A program made the translations under genes and the position numbers. 64,000 nucleotides of DNA from an uncultured delta proteobacterium (lineage in GTDB: Bacteria > Myxococcota_A > Polyangia > Polyangiales > Polyangiaceae): assembly GCA_963782055.1 (NCBI GenBank), contig CAWAIF010000003.1:5792001-5856000 (forward strand), in the 5' to 3' direction. The notes under the pieces were generated by a model. The model was not told the origin of the DNA and searched no databases. It saw only the letters and a list, made by a program, of their open reading frames with translations. This document shows, in pieces, positions 44,001 through 53,001 of the stretch (its first letter is position 1; every line of letters starts with the position of its first letter).

Positions 44001-44130
44001 TCGGGTTGTCCACGTCCGGGAACTGGCTCACGCCGATGCGCATCACCGCCAGGATGCCGAACAGGACCGTGCCCGCCATGAGCATCCAGGCGAAGACCGG
44101 GCGCCGCACGCAGACGTCGGTGATGCTCAT
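41053..44130 (-). CDS. RND efflux transporter permease (AcrB/MdtB-like)
   Basis: RRPVFA, GLVVDDAVMVMENI, GIVKKNSIML, RLRPILMT. Confidence 0.96.
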   Translation of the reverse strand: MSITDVCVRRPVFAWMLMAGTVLFGILAVMRIGVSQFPDVDNPTVSVSVSWPGASPEDVETGLVNPIEDAVSQVTGVQSITSSARQNSARVTVTFDISRNIDLALQDIQAKVAAIQRKLPDSVQAPTVSKSNPDDQPIITVGVSGAFSRQLLADIARYQIEDRLQTVPGVGQVTMMGYSDRNVRIWVDADKLVATGTTVTDITGALQKQHVTSSGGQMTNGQRALDVRVLGEAADLETLRQIVVRKVGNEQVRLKDVALVEDGFSDVSSRARYNGMPVQAMGILKQPGSNAVGVAKAVRAALDDVQKTLPDGMKVDVLFDTTGFIEESVNEIALELGLAVILTGFVCWLFLGSLSSTANVLFAIPMSLLGTIAVLYFAGYTLNTFTLLGLSLAVGLVVDDAVMVMENIFRHGEMGKDRVTASIEGTKEITFAALAATVAVIAIFLPVAFMSGVIGKFFLQFGVTLSVAVAISYVEAITLAPSRCAQMLRTRAQGARERLVDRGFDALARGYGRALDASLRWPWLVLAAGLVVLGVSGWAGTRLKQELVPSQDQSRLAVRLSNAVGADIEESDSLAKRAEAMLAKRPEVESVLTNVSAGGAQLSITLVPPGQRKMTQNDFAAVIRKQLGGIPGVRASVQDLSQQGFAGQRGGSPVDISVRGSDWNTLVDLAARIRKEVEESGLVVDVSSDYQVGAPELTVTPDRARASDVGVSVQDIATTVSALVGGVTVGQYSTAGRRMDMRLRLLAAQRTRPEDLGRLRVRSTTGNMVPLSSVVVTNELAELQSINHAERQRAIRVYGNVAPGHSQSEALAYVQTLTKEAPPGYAVVLGGQSSQLGDAMSSLFFALLVGILVAYMVLASQFDSLLHPITVLTILPLSVAGAFLALLAAGRTLNVFSMIGLLLLMGIVKKNSIMLVDYANEVRTSDGLDAGAAMSRSGPVRLRPILMTAVATMMAAVPSAMGMGPGAETRGPMADAVIGGLILSTALSLFVVPAFYVLTDRAKQRLLGREPAPPPVGVVPPVAPG

Positions 44131-44137
44131 CGGGCGT

Positions 44138-45346
44138 TCACGGCTTCTTGCCGCCGTGGTGGTGGCTCCCCGCCGGCGGGGGCGACGCCGCGGAGCCCGC
44201 CGCGCTCGCCGAGGGCTCCGGCGCCCCCGCGTCGCCGTGGAGGGCGTCGAGCGTGGTGTGATCGGTGACCTTCACCGGCGCGCCCTCGCTGAGCGGCTCG
44301 ATGCCGCGCACCACCAGCTGCTCGCCCTCGTCCAGCCCGCGCGTCACCTCCACGTTGCCGTCCGGCGTGTGCATGCCGAGCTGGATGACCTTGGCGTGCG
44401 CCTGGTTCTTGGCGTCCACCACGTACACGATGTTCCCCTTCTCGGTGGGCTGCACCGCCATCGTCGGGATGACGATGGCCTGCCGCGCCGCGCCGATGGG
44501 AACCGAGACCTCGCAGAAGGCGCCGGGGCGGAGCCAGTACTTGTGATCCGTCTGAGCGATCTGCGCGGTGACCGGCACCAGGCGCGTGGCCGGGTCGGCG
44601 GTGCCCGCCACCAGGGTGATCTTCGCCTTGTAGGTGTGCGAGCTCTCCCGCAGCGTCAGATCCGCCTCCATGTCCGGCTTGAGGCGGGGCGCGTCCTGCT
44701 CGGTGACCTGGAAGCGAAGGAGCATCGGATCGCGCTGCAGGATGGTGGCGAGCACCGCGCCGGGCTGGAGGTACTGCCCCGTCTGCACCGTGCGCGTCTG
44801 CACGACGCCGGCGATGGGCGCGCGCACGTAGCTGTCGCGCAGGTTGAGGTTGGCGACCTTCAGCGCCTCCTTCGCGGCCATGACGTCGGCCTTGGCCGTC
44901 TCCACGCCGGTGGTGTGCGTCTCGATCTCCTCGCCCGGGATGAGGCCGGGGTGCTCCTGGGTGGCGGTCTGCCGGCGCGAGAGCTCCGCCTCGGCGGCGC
45001 GCTCGTTCGCCTCCGCCTTGGAGACGCCGACCTTCGCCTGCTCGACGGCGACCTGGTAGCGCTCCGCCTCGATGGTCACCAGGATGTCGCCCTCCTTGAC
45101 CACCTGCCCCTCGACGAAGGACACGCGGTCCACCGCGCCCGAGACGCGCGCGGTGATCTGCACCTGCTGGAAGGCCTCGATGCTGCCGGGCGCGGTGACC
45201 TCGTAGCGCACCTGGCGCTTCACCAGCGGCGCGAGCTGCACCGGATACTCCAGCTTCCGGCCGCCCTTGCCCGCCTTCGGGTCCGCCTTGGAGCACGAGG
45301 CTGCTGCCAGGAGCAACGCGAGGGCGAGGTGCGAGGCGCGGATCAT
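44138..45346 (-). CDS. RND membrane-fusion (periplasmic adaptor) lipoprotein
   Basis: Lipobox AASC; ARVSG.V...EG..V..GD.L; VRAP.AGVV; LRPG; GL..GE. Confidence 0.94.
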   Translation of the reverse strand: MIRASHLALALLLAAASCSKADPKAGKGGRKLEYPVQLAPLVKRQVRYEVTAPGSIEAFQQVQITARVSGAVDRVSFVEGQVVKEGDILVTIEAERYQVAVEQAKVGVSKAEANERAAEAELSRRQTATQEHPGLIPGEEIETHTTGVETAKADVMAAKEALKVANLNLRDSYVRAPIAGVVQTRTVQTGQYLQPGAVLATILQRDPMLLRFQVTEQDAPRLKPDMEADLTLRESSHTYKAKITLVAGTADPATRLVPVTAQIAQTDHKYWLRPGAFCEVSVPIGAARQAIVIPTMAVQPTEKGNIVYVVDAKNQAHAKVIQLGMHTPDGNVEVTRGLDEGEQLVVRGIEPLSEGAPVKVTDHTTLDALHGDAGAPEPSASAAGSAASPPPAGSHHHGGKKP

Positions 45347-46680
45347 CGAGTCAGCTCCGTTCCCACGGGGTCCAGCCCGAGGGCCTGCCGCAGTCCGAGG
45401 TACGCCAGGGCGACCGAGTACTCGGCCGTCGACTCGTTGACCTCCGCCTGGAAGCGCTGGTCGTTGGCGTCCACCAGCTCGATGGCCTTCGCGAGCCCCT
45501 GCCGGTAGAGGATCTCCGTCTCGTTCGCGCTCTGCCGGGCCGCGCTCATCGCCAGCTCCGCGGCGCTGAGGGCCGCCTGGGCGGCGTGCAGCGACACCGT
45601 GGCGCTCCGCACCTGGGTGTCGACGGTGCGGCCGAGCAAGGTCGTGTCCAGGTCGGCGATGCGGGCGGACGCGGCGCGCGACCGGCGGTCGGCGTAGCGC
45701 GCGCCGGCGTCGAAGATGGGCCAGCTCAGGGAGACCTCCAGCAGCTCGTCGTTCCAGTGCGAGGGCGTGCCCGTGGCGCTGGCGGTGTTGCTCGTCACGC
45801 TGAACTGGCCGCTGAGGCTGATGATGGGCACCAGGCGCAGGAGCGGCTCGCGCGCGGCGTCGTGCGAGGCGGCGGTGAAGTGCTTGCGGGCGAGCACGTC
45901 GGGGCGATGGTCCAGCGCGAAGCGCACCAGGGAGTCGGACCCCGGCACCGGTTGCCGGCCGGCTCGCAGGATGGGGTCCGGCGGGATCAGCCCGCCGGTG
46001 ACGCGCGCGGCGATGGTGAAGGAGAGCTGGACGTACGCGTTCTGGAGCGAGCCGCGGTCCAGCTCCACCTCCCGCTCCGAGCTGGCGAGGTCCACCTGCG
46101 CGCGGGTCACGTCGTTGGTGCTGGCGAGCTGCGCGTCCACCCGCGCCTGCGCGTCGGCGAGGTTCGCCCGGGAGGTATCCAGCCGGCGCTGAGCGGCCTG
46201 CAGCACGGCGTCGGCGGAGAGCGCCACGAAGTACGCGCGCGCGGCGTCGTAGGCGAGCAGCCGCTTGTCGTCCTTCGCCTGCGCCTTCTGGCCCTCCAGG
46301 TTCTGGTGCGCCTGCGCGTAGAGCGGGATCGCGGCGGCGTCGAGCAGCGGCTGGTTGACCGTGACCGACGCGTTGGCCACGTTGGAGGGCTGTCCGGCGC
46401 GCACGATGTCGTCCGGCCGCTGCGTGTCGTTGGCGTTGAGGTTGACGCTGGGCAGGAAGGGCGAGACGGCGCGCTGGGCAGCGGCGGCGGCCACCTCCAC
46501 GTTCTCGTCGGCGATGGTCGCCCGCTCGTTGCGCGTGAGCGCCAGGCGGACCGCGTCCTCCAGGCGGAGCGGATGCGTCGCGACTGGAGGGGGTGCGTCC
46601 GCAGCGGCAGTGGAAGCAGCGAGGGAGAGGCCAGCCACGCAAGCCAGGGCAACACACGTTGTCCTAGGCACCATTCTCAC
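45343..46680 (-). CDS. TolC family outer membrane channel
   Basis: Signal peptide; L.DAVRLAL..N, FLPSV, RPDV, LSWPIFDAG, YRQGL. Confidence 0.93.
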   Translation of the reverse strand: MRMVPRTTCVALACVAGLSLAASTAAADAPPPVATHPLRLEDAVRLALTRNERATIADENVEVAAAAAQRAVSPFLPSVNLNANDTQRPDDIVRAGQPSNVANASVTVNQPLLDAAAIPLYAQAHQNLEGQKAQAKDDKRLLAYDAARAYFVALSADAVLQAAQRRLDTSRANLADAQARVDAQLASTNDVTRAQVDLASSEREVELDRGSLQNAYVQLSFTIAARVTGGLIPPDPILRAGRQPVPGSDSLVRFALDHRPDVLARKHFTAASHDAAREPLLRLVPIISLSGQFSVTSNTASATGTPSHWNDELLEVSLSWPIFDAGARYADRRSRAASARIADLDTTLLGRTVDTQVRSATVSLHAAQAALSAAELAMSAARQSANETEILYRQGLAKAIELVDANDQRFQAEVNESTAEYSVALAYLGLRQALGLDPVGTELTR

Positions 46681-46857
46681 CTCATCGCGGTGGCGCAGCC
46701 GCGAACGCGAGGGCCGGCCGCAGGCCAGCCGACGGCCCGAAGGGCGCGGTGACTGGACCTTCCCCGCTGCATGCCGGGATGGTCAGCCGGCCCGGCGCGC
46801 GTCAGCAAGGGGCTTAAGATTTCTTTGCGCGCCCTGGGCCGATCCGGCGCGCGCGGC

Positions 46858-47502
46858 TCAGGTCCACCACCACCCCAGCCCCCAGATCACCGCGCCGATG
46901 CAGGGCGCGAGGCCGAGGGCCGAGCCCAGGATGTAGTCGCGCGTGCGGATGCTGGTGAACGCGAGGGCGTAGTCCAGGGGCGGGGAGAGCCAGAGGATGA
47001 GGCGCAGGACGGCGACGCTGCGGATGGGGTGCTTCTCCACGCCGTCGAGCAGCCGGCGCAAGAACCGCCACCGCGGCTGCCAGGCGCGCTCGCGGGTGGT
47101 GCGCATGCCACGGACCAGGAGGAAGGGCGCGGTGACGGCGAGGATGGAGGCCCCGTAGCCGAGGAAGAAGCCGTTGACCGCGCCGAAGGCGGCCCGGGCG
47201 ACCGCGATGAAGATCATCCCCGGCAGGTGCAGCAGCTCGCCCACGACGAACGCCCCGACGAAGGCGGGCGCGGACCACGCGCCGTGGGAGCGGACCCATC
47301 CGCCGACCGCCGCCTGCGTCAGGTGACCGGTGCGGCCGAGCCAGATCCCGGTGACGACCAGCGCGACCAGCACCAGCGCGAGCACCACCTGCCGCACGCG
47401 GGCGAGCGCCGATACCTTCGGCCGCGGCGGGACGGCGGCGGCGCCGGACGCCATCTCGGCGGCGGCGTCCGGCGGCAGGGTCTCGGAGATCTCAGGAGCC
47501 AC
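46858..47502 (-). CDS. TVP38/TMEM64 (DedA/VTT) membrane protein
   Basis: LHLPG.......FG...G; LRL...P...Y....T..R.RDY.LGS.LG..P; overlaps uraH stop. Confidence 0.85.
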   Translation of the reverse strand: MAPEISETLPPDAAAEMASGAAAVPPRPKVSALARVRQVVLALVLVALVVTGIWLGRTGHLTQAAVGGWVRSHGAWSAPAFVGAFVVGELLHLPGMIFIAVARAAFGAVNGFFLGYGASILAVTAPFLLVRGMRTTRERAWQPRWRFLRRLLDGVEKHPIRSVAVLRLILWLSPPLDYALAFTSIRTRDYILGSALGLAPCIGAVIWGLGWWWT

Positions 47503-47836
47503 GGTAGGTGGAGTACCCGTACGGGTTGAGGAGGAGCGGGACGTGGAAGTGCTGCGCGGCGTCCTTCACCTCGAAGACCACGCTCACGCTCGGATAGAAG
47601 GTCTCTCCGCCAGTCTGCTTCGCGTAGGCGCCGGTGTCGAAGGTGATGCGGTAGACCCCCGCGACGAGCGGCTTGCCCGCGGGCAGCAGCGTGCGCAGGC
47701 GGCCGTCGGCGTCGGTGATGCCCGCGCCCACGCGCATGAAGGTCCCCTCCGTCCCGCGCACCTCCAGGGTGATGGGCACGCCCGCCGCGGGCCTGCCGCG
47801 CGCGGTGTCGAGCACGTGGGTGGTGATGCCGCTCAT
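47492..47836 (-). CDS. uraH: 5-hydroxyisourate hydrolase
   Basis: ITTHVLD..RGRPA, TDADGR, HFHVPLLL, C-terminal YRGS. Confidence 0.96.
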   Translation of the reverse strand: MSGITTHVLDTARGRPAAGVPITLEVRGTEGTFMRVGAGITDADGRLRTLLPAGKPLVAGVYRITFDTGAYAKQTGGETFYPSVSVVFEVKDAAQHFHVPLLLNPYGYSTYRGS

Positions 47837-47853
47837 CGCCTCGTCTCCTCCAT

Positions 47854-49359
47854 TCAAGCGCCGACCAGCTTGCGCAGCCGGAGGCGCGCGATCTTGCGGA
47901 GCTCCTCCGCCGCCACCCGCAGCTCCTCGTCCCGGCTGTTCCCCAGCCGCGCGCGCGCCGCCGCCAGCATCTCCGCAGCCGTCCTGCCGGTGGCGCAGAC
48001 GAGGAAGACGAACCCGAACTTCTCCTCGTACTCGCGGTTGGCCTGGGCGAGCGCCTCGAGCGTCTCCCTGGACGCGGCGGCCGCGCCCGCCTGCTCCCCC
48101 GCGCTCCACCGCGCCTCCTGCGGCGTGGTCGCCTTGCGCTCGCCGATGCGCGGGTGCGCGGCGAAGGCCTCCATCAGGTCGGCGCCGGAGAGGCCGGCGA
48201 TCACCTCGTCGGCGTGCGCGAGCAGGCGGGAGGCCGGGGAGAAGGGTCGCTCGGTCACGATGCGGTCGACGAAGGCGCTGGCCGCGCAGCACGCCCGGAG
48301 CTTCTCGCGGAGCTCGTCCACCTCCGCCGACGCCAGGTGCCGCGCCAGCGCCTCGTCGCGCGCGGCGTCGGTGAGCCGCCCGAAGGCCCGAAGCCGGCTG
48401 ACGCCGCCGTCGGGGTAGACCTCCAGCCGCAGGTGGGTGAAGGGCCAGCGATTGGCGAGCTCCTCGACGAAGAGGTGGCGCGTGTGGGCCATCATCGGGG
48501 TGCGGGGCAAGAGCTCGCGGAAGGGGGCCTTCGCCGGGTCGCCGTCGCACCCCATGACGCGCGCGGTGTCCGGGAAGTTGCCCTTGAAGTGCGCGGTGTC
48601 CAGCTCCAGGCGGTCGACGAACCCTTGACCCGTCAAGCGTACCAGCACCCAGTCGTGGGTGTCCTCGCGGATGCCACGGCGGCGGCGCGTCTCCCACCCG
48701 TCGCTCATGTCCGGCGCGCGCCCGGGCTGGATGAGGTTGTGCTTCGGGCCGAAGAACATGTCGCTGCACTCGAGCACCTCGCCCCCGCTCTGCATCGCGG
48801 CGAGGTCGAAGGTGGCGCGCGCGCCGCCGATGCGCCGCCAGTCGGGCGCGACGTCGCCGTGGACGCGCAGCCGCGCGACGCCGCCGTCGGGGAAGATGCG
48901 GAGGCGGAGGTGAGTGAAGGCGACGTGCGAGTCCACCGCGAAGACGTTGCGGCTGTTGCCGTCCAGCGCGCGCCGCGGCAGGACCTCCGTCCAGCGGGCG
49001 GCGAGGAGCGCCTGGACGCCGGTGCCCTCCGGGAGGGTCACGCCGTCGATGGCGCACGCCTCGGGGTAGTTGCCGCGGAAGAAGGCGGTGTCCACGACGA
49101 CGCCGCGAACGATGCCGGGCAGGCCGAGGCGCACGATGGCGAGGTCGTGCGCGCCGGGCGAGAGATCGCGCTTTCGCCGCGACTCCCAGCCGTCCATCCA
49201 CTTGCCGCGGTCGGTGTAGGCGTGCTCGCGCCACTCCGGGGCGCGCGCCTTGAGGAGGTTCTCCGCCTGCGCGAAGTAGTCGTCCGTCGCGTACACCACC
49301 GCGCCGCCCAGCTTCTCCGCGGCCAGGTCGGGCCGCTCGAGGAAGTCGTGCTCGGTCAC
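47854..49359 (-). CDS. alc: Allantoicase fused to C-terminal OHCU decarboxylase (UraD)
   Basis: Two allantoicase repeats (DGWES/DGWETRRRR, DT.FF/HF.GN.P, PDGGV.RLR) then AFAAHPRIG...EQAG...YEEKFGFVFLVCATG...ELRKIA.LRL. Confidence 0.92.
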   Translation of the reverse strand: MTEHDFLERPDLAAEKLGGAVVYATDDYFAQAENLLKARAPEWREHAYTDRGKWMDGWESRRKRDLSPGAHDLAIVRLGLPGIVRGVVVDTAFFRGNYPEACAIDGVTLPEGTGVQALLAARWTEVLPRRALDGNSRNVFAVDSHVAFTHLRLRIFPDGGVARLRVHGDVAPDWRRIGGARATFDLAAMQSGGEVLECSDMFFGPKHNLIQPGRAPDMSDGWETRRRRGIREDTHDWVLVRLTGQGFVDRLELDTAHFKGNFPDTARVMGCDGDPAKAPFRELLPRTPMMAHTRHLFVEELANRWPFTHLRLEVYPDGGVSRLRAFGRLTDAARDEALARHLASAEVDELREKLRACCAASAFVDRIVTERPFSPASRLLAHADEVIAGLSGADLMEAFAAHPRIGERKATTPQEARWSAGEQAGAAAASRETLEALAQANREYEEKFGFVFLVCATGRTAAEMLAAARARLGNSRDEELRVAAEELRKIARLRLRKLVGA

Positions 49360-50714
49360 GCGGCGCCCCTCCGGACCCAGCGCCCGCACGCGCGCGTCAC
49401 CGCCCCCTGGCCGGAGACCCACGTCCCGCGCACGGCGGTCGCCTCCACGACGCCGAAGAGGGTGCGGCCCTCGTACGGCGTCACCTTGTTCTTGTGCAGG
49501 ATGCGGTCCCGGGTCACCACGAAGTGTGCGTCGGGATCCCACACCATGACGTCGGCGTCCATCCCCTCGCGCAGCGCGCCCTTGTTCGACAGGCCGGCGA
49601 GGCGCGCCGGGCCCTCGCTCATCCAGGCGGAGAGGGCGGGGAGCGTGACGCCGCGGCGGCGGGCCTCGGTCCAGAGGACCGGCAGCCCGAACTGCAGCGA
49701 GGCGATGCCGCCCCAGGCGGCCTCGAAGTCGCCGAGCGGCAGCCGCTTGAGCTCCGGGGTGCAGGGCGAGTGGTCGGTCACCACCATCCCGACCAGGCCC
49801 TCCCGCAGCCCCTTCCAGAGCTTCTCGCGGTTGTCGTGCTCGCGGATGGGCGGCGCGCACTTGAAGCTGGTGGCGCCCTCCGGCACCTCCTCCGCCTCCA
49901 GGCAGAGGTAGTGGGGCGTCGTCTCGGCGGAGAGGGGCACGCCGGCGTCACGCGCCCGCGCGAGGAGCTCCAGGCCGCCGGCCGACGAGAGGTGGACGAC
50001 GTGGGTGCGTGCGCGCGTGCGCTCGGCGAGGCGGTAGACCAGGGCGATGGCCTCGTCCTCCGCCTCCGGCGGGCGCGAGCGCAGGTAGCGCAGGTAGCTG
50101 CGCACGTCGCCCGGCGACGGTGGGGGGAGGCGCGCGACGGCGGCGGCGAGCGGGCCGGGCAGCTCGGCGTGCACCAGCAGCGGCGCGTCGCAGCCGGCGA
50201 GCACCTCCATCGCGCGGGCCAGGTCCGTCTCGGCGAGCGCCGGGAACTCCGGCACGCCGGAGTCGACCAGGAAGCCCTTGAAGCCGAGGACGCCGGCGTC
50301 GAGCAGGGCGCGCAGCTCGCCGTCGTTGCCGGGGATCGCGCCGCCCCACAGGCCGACGTCGACGAAGCACTGCCCCTCCATCGCCGCGACCTTCGCCTCC
50401 AGGCCGGCGACGCTGGTGGTGGCGGGGATGCTGTTGAGGGGCATGTCCACGATCGTGGTGACGCCGCCGGCGGCGGCGGAGCGCGTCGCGGTGGTGAAGC
50501 CTTCCCATTCGGTGCGGCCGGGCTCGTTGACGTGGACGTGGGAGTCGACCACGCCCGGCATCAGGACGAGATCGCCGAAGTCGCGGATCTCGGCGCCGGG
50601 AGGGACGTCGTCGTACGGGGTGACCGCGGCGATGCGCTCGCCCTCGACGTGGATCGCCGCGGGGGCGAGCTCGCCTCCGGTGACCACACGGCGAGATCGC
50701 CAGACGATGCGCAT
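49356..50714 (-). CDS. allB: Allantoinase
   Basis: DSHVHVNEPGRTEWEGF.TAT..AAAGG.TT..DMPLNS.P; HAE; FKCAPPIR; DHSP; WGGI. Confidence 0.95.
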   Translation of the reverse strand: MRIVWRSRRVVTGGELAPAAIHVEGERIAAVTPYDDVPPGAEIRDFGDLVLMPGVVDSHVHVNEPGRTEWEGFTTATRSAAAGGVTTIVDMPLNSIPATTSVAGLEAKVAAMEGQCFVDVGLWGGAIPGNDGELRALLDAGVLGFKGFLVDSGVPEFPALAETDLARAMEVLAGCDAPLLVHAELPGPLAAAVARLPPPSPGDVRSYLRYLRSRPPEAEDEAIALVYRLAERTRARTHVVHLSSAGGLELLARARDAGVPLSAETTPHYLCLEAEEVPEGATSFKCAPPIREHDNREKLWKGLREGLVGMVVTDHSPCTPELKRLPLGDFEAAWGGIASLQFGLPVLWTEARRRGVTLPALSAWMSEGPARLAGLSNKGALREGMDADVMVWDPDAHFVVTRDRILHKNKVTPYEGRTLFGVVEATAVRGTWVSGQGAVTRACGRWVRRGAA

Positions 50715-50947
50715 GGGGGGAGGATAGCAGCAGAGGGGGCCCCTCTGCGCGCCCTCCGGCGGTCGAGACAGACGGGCACTCCCCCGTGATGGCCCGCCCG
50801 CCTCGTGAAGGAGGACGAGCGAGGGAGCCGCGCGGGGTCACACCGGCATCCTCCCCGCCCGAGCGAGCGCGCGTACCACGTCCGCATGGCCGATCAGGAG
50901 GCTGTCACCGATTCGTCACTGCGGGCGCATCGTGATAGACGTGTGAC

Positions 50948-51586
50948 GTGGGGCGGCTTCTCGGGGGTTCTCTGGCGTTTCTCGTGGTGCTCGGTGGCTG
51001 TGCCGACGCGAACTTCGGCTCGGGCGACGCCGGCGCGCCCGACGACGCCGCCGGGCCGGACGACGCCGCCGCGCTCGACGCGGGGAGCGAGGCCGCCACC
51101 GCCGACGCCGCCGGCGACGCTCCCGCCGACGCGGGCACGCCCCCGCTGACGTGCAACGGCGAGACGTCGGAGCCCAACGAGACGGAGGTCCTCGCGTCTC
51201 CGCTGGGCACGATCGACGACTGCGACGGCAGCGGCTCCAGCGTGAGCGGCGTCTCCTCCGGGATCGGCGACACCGACTGGCTCCACTTCGTCGGCACCGA
51301 CACCTTCGGGTGCAGCGTCGACCCCACCGTGCAGATCAACACCACCGGCCTGCGGCTGTGTGCGTTTGCCCTCTGCCTCGACGGCACGACGACGGTCTCC
51401 GACTGCGGCGTGGGCGCGCCGGCCACCTCGCCCGCCGGCACGCACGGGTGCTGCACCGGCGGCACCGCGAGCATGACGCTGCAGATCAACTGCAGCGGCT
51501 CCGACGACGCCGCGAACGTCTTCGTGCGCGTCGACCAACCCACCACCAACGTCTGCGTCTCGTACGATGTCACGTACCACTTCTGA
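50948..51586 (+). CDS. Cys-rich lipoprotein (EPN...D.DW, PPC-like)
   Basis: Lipobox LGGC; DAG linker; EPNET...DTDW. Confidence 0.75.
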   Translation: MGRLLGGSLAFLVVLGGCADANFGSGDAGAPDDAAGPDDAAALDAGSEAATADAAGDAPADAGTPPLTCNGETSEPNETEVLASPLGTIDDCDGSGSSVSGVSSGIGDTDWLHFVGTDTFGCSVDPTVQINTTGLRLCAFALCLDGTTTVSDCGVGAPATSPAGTHGCCTGGTASMTLQINCSGSDDAANVFVRVDQPTTNVCVSYDVTYHF

Positions 51587-52991
51587 GGCGCTGTGCGCGT
51601 GCCTCGCGCTCGCGGTCGCCGCCTGCGGAGGGGGAGGCTCGATGGGCGACGACGGCGACGGGGGCGACGCCGCCGCACCCGCCGACGCGGCCGCGGCGGA
51701 CGCCGCCGACGCGTCAGCCGACGCCCCGGCGGAAGCCCAGGCGAGCCAGGTGCCGGCGTACGATCTTCACCGCGCCGACCGCGCGGCGTGCTCCTACCTC
51801 CTCGGCACCAGGACGGACGTGACGATCGGCCCTGACGTGCCGCATGGCGACGCGCTCCCCTTCACGCACATCGTCTTCTTGATGATGGAGAACCGGAGCT
51901 TCGACTCGTACTTCTCCCAGCTCCCCGCCAGCGGCGTCACCGGGGTGGACGTCGCCGACGACTCGTACGCCAACCCGGAGCCGGGGCCGCCGCTCACCTA
52001 CGTTCATCGCTATCACGAGACGCGCTACTGCATCGCGGACACGGTGCACGAGTGGGGGCCGGTGCACCTGCAGTACGACGACGGCAACATGGACGGCTTC
52101 GTCTTGACCAACGACCCGGGCGGGGAGCGGGCGATGGGCTACTACGACGCCGACGACCTCCCCTTTTACTACTGGGTCGCGCGCACCTTCTCCATCAGCG
52201 ACCGCCACTTCTCCTCGCTGCTCGGCCCCACCTGGCCGAACCGCTTCTTCTTCTACGGGGCGACGGCCTGGGGGCGGAGCAAGACCCCCGACAACCCGCC
52301 GCTCAACAAGGAGAAGATCGTCAACGAGATGGACGAGGCGGGCCGCACCTGGAAGATCTACCACGAGGGCGCGACCTCCTTCGGCGTGGTGTTCGGGCCG
52401 CAGTACGCCGGCACGTCCATGAGCAACTTCTTCACCGACGTGGCAAACGACACGCTGCCCGATCTCGCCATCCTGGACCCGAGCTTCGGCGGCGCCGGGC
52501 AGGACGACGAGCACCCGCCGACGGACATGCAGAAGGGACAGCAGCTGAGCGCGTCCATCATCTCCGCGCTGATGAGCAACCCGGCGGTCTGGAGCAAGAC
52601 GGTGTTCATCCAGACGTACGACGAGCACGGCGGCTACTACGACCACGTCGCGCCGCCGGCCGCGTGCGTCCCGGACGACTACACCGTGCCGGACTACGCC
52701 TACGACAGGCTCGGCATGCGCGTGCCGCTGATGGTCGTCTCCCCCTTCGCGAAGAAGGGCTACGTCAGCCACCTGGTGACCGATCACACCAGCATCACCC
52801 GCTTCATCGAGAACCGCTTCGACCTCCCGGCGATGACGGCGCGTGACGCCAACGCCTGGCCGATGCTGGACATGTTCGATTTCGACGACCCGCCCTTTGC
52901 CACCCCGCCGGCCGGGATGCCGTCCGCGGTGCCCGACCAGGCGCACCTCGACTGGTGCACCCTGAACGCGCCCGGCACCGGCCTCCCCTGA
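51567..52991 (+). CDS. Phosphoesterase / phospholipase C family lipoprotein
   Basis: HIVFLMMENRSFDSYF, MGYY, GPTWPNR, DEHP, TYDEHGGYYDHV.PP, G.RVP, DHTS. Confidence 0.92.
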   Translation: MSRTTSEALCACLALAVAACGGGGSMGDDGDGGDAAAPADAAAADAADASADAPAEAQASQVPAYDLHRADRAACSYLLGTRTDVTIGPDVPHGDALPFTHIVFLMMENRSFDSYFSQLPASGVTGVDVADDSYANPEPGPPLTYVHRYHETRYCIADTVHEWGPVHLQYDDGNMDGFVLTNDPGGERAMGYYDADDLPFYYWVARTFSISDRHFSSLLGPTWPNRFFFYGATAWGRSKTPDNPPLNKEKIVNEMDEAGRTWKIYHEGATSFGVVFGPQYAGTSMSNFFTDVANDTLPDLAILDPSFGGAGQDDEHPPTDMQKGQQLSASIISALMSNPAVWSKTVFIQTYDEHGGYYDHVAPPAACVPDDYTVPDYAYDRLGMRVPLMVVSPFAKKGYVSHLVTDHTSITRFIENRFDLPAMTARDANAWPMLDMFDFDDPPFATPPAGMPSAVPDQAHLDWCTLNAPGTGLP

Positions 52992-53001
52992 CGGCGGGGG
53001 C

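Noticed and set aside
50948..52991. Phospholipase C as part of the SPL-like operon (sphingomyelin pathway)
   Set aside because: Opposite strand, separated by three unrelated genes, no TGAC-N5-GTCA box seen upstream; link is speculative
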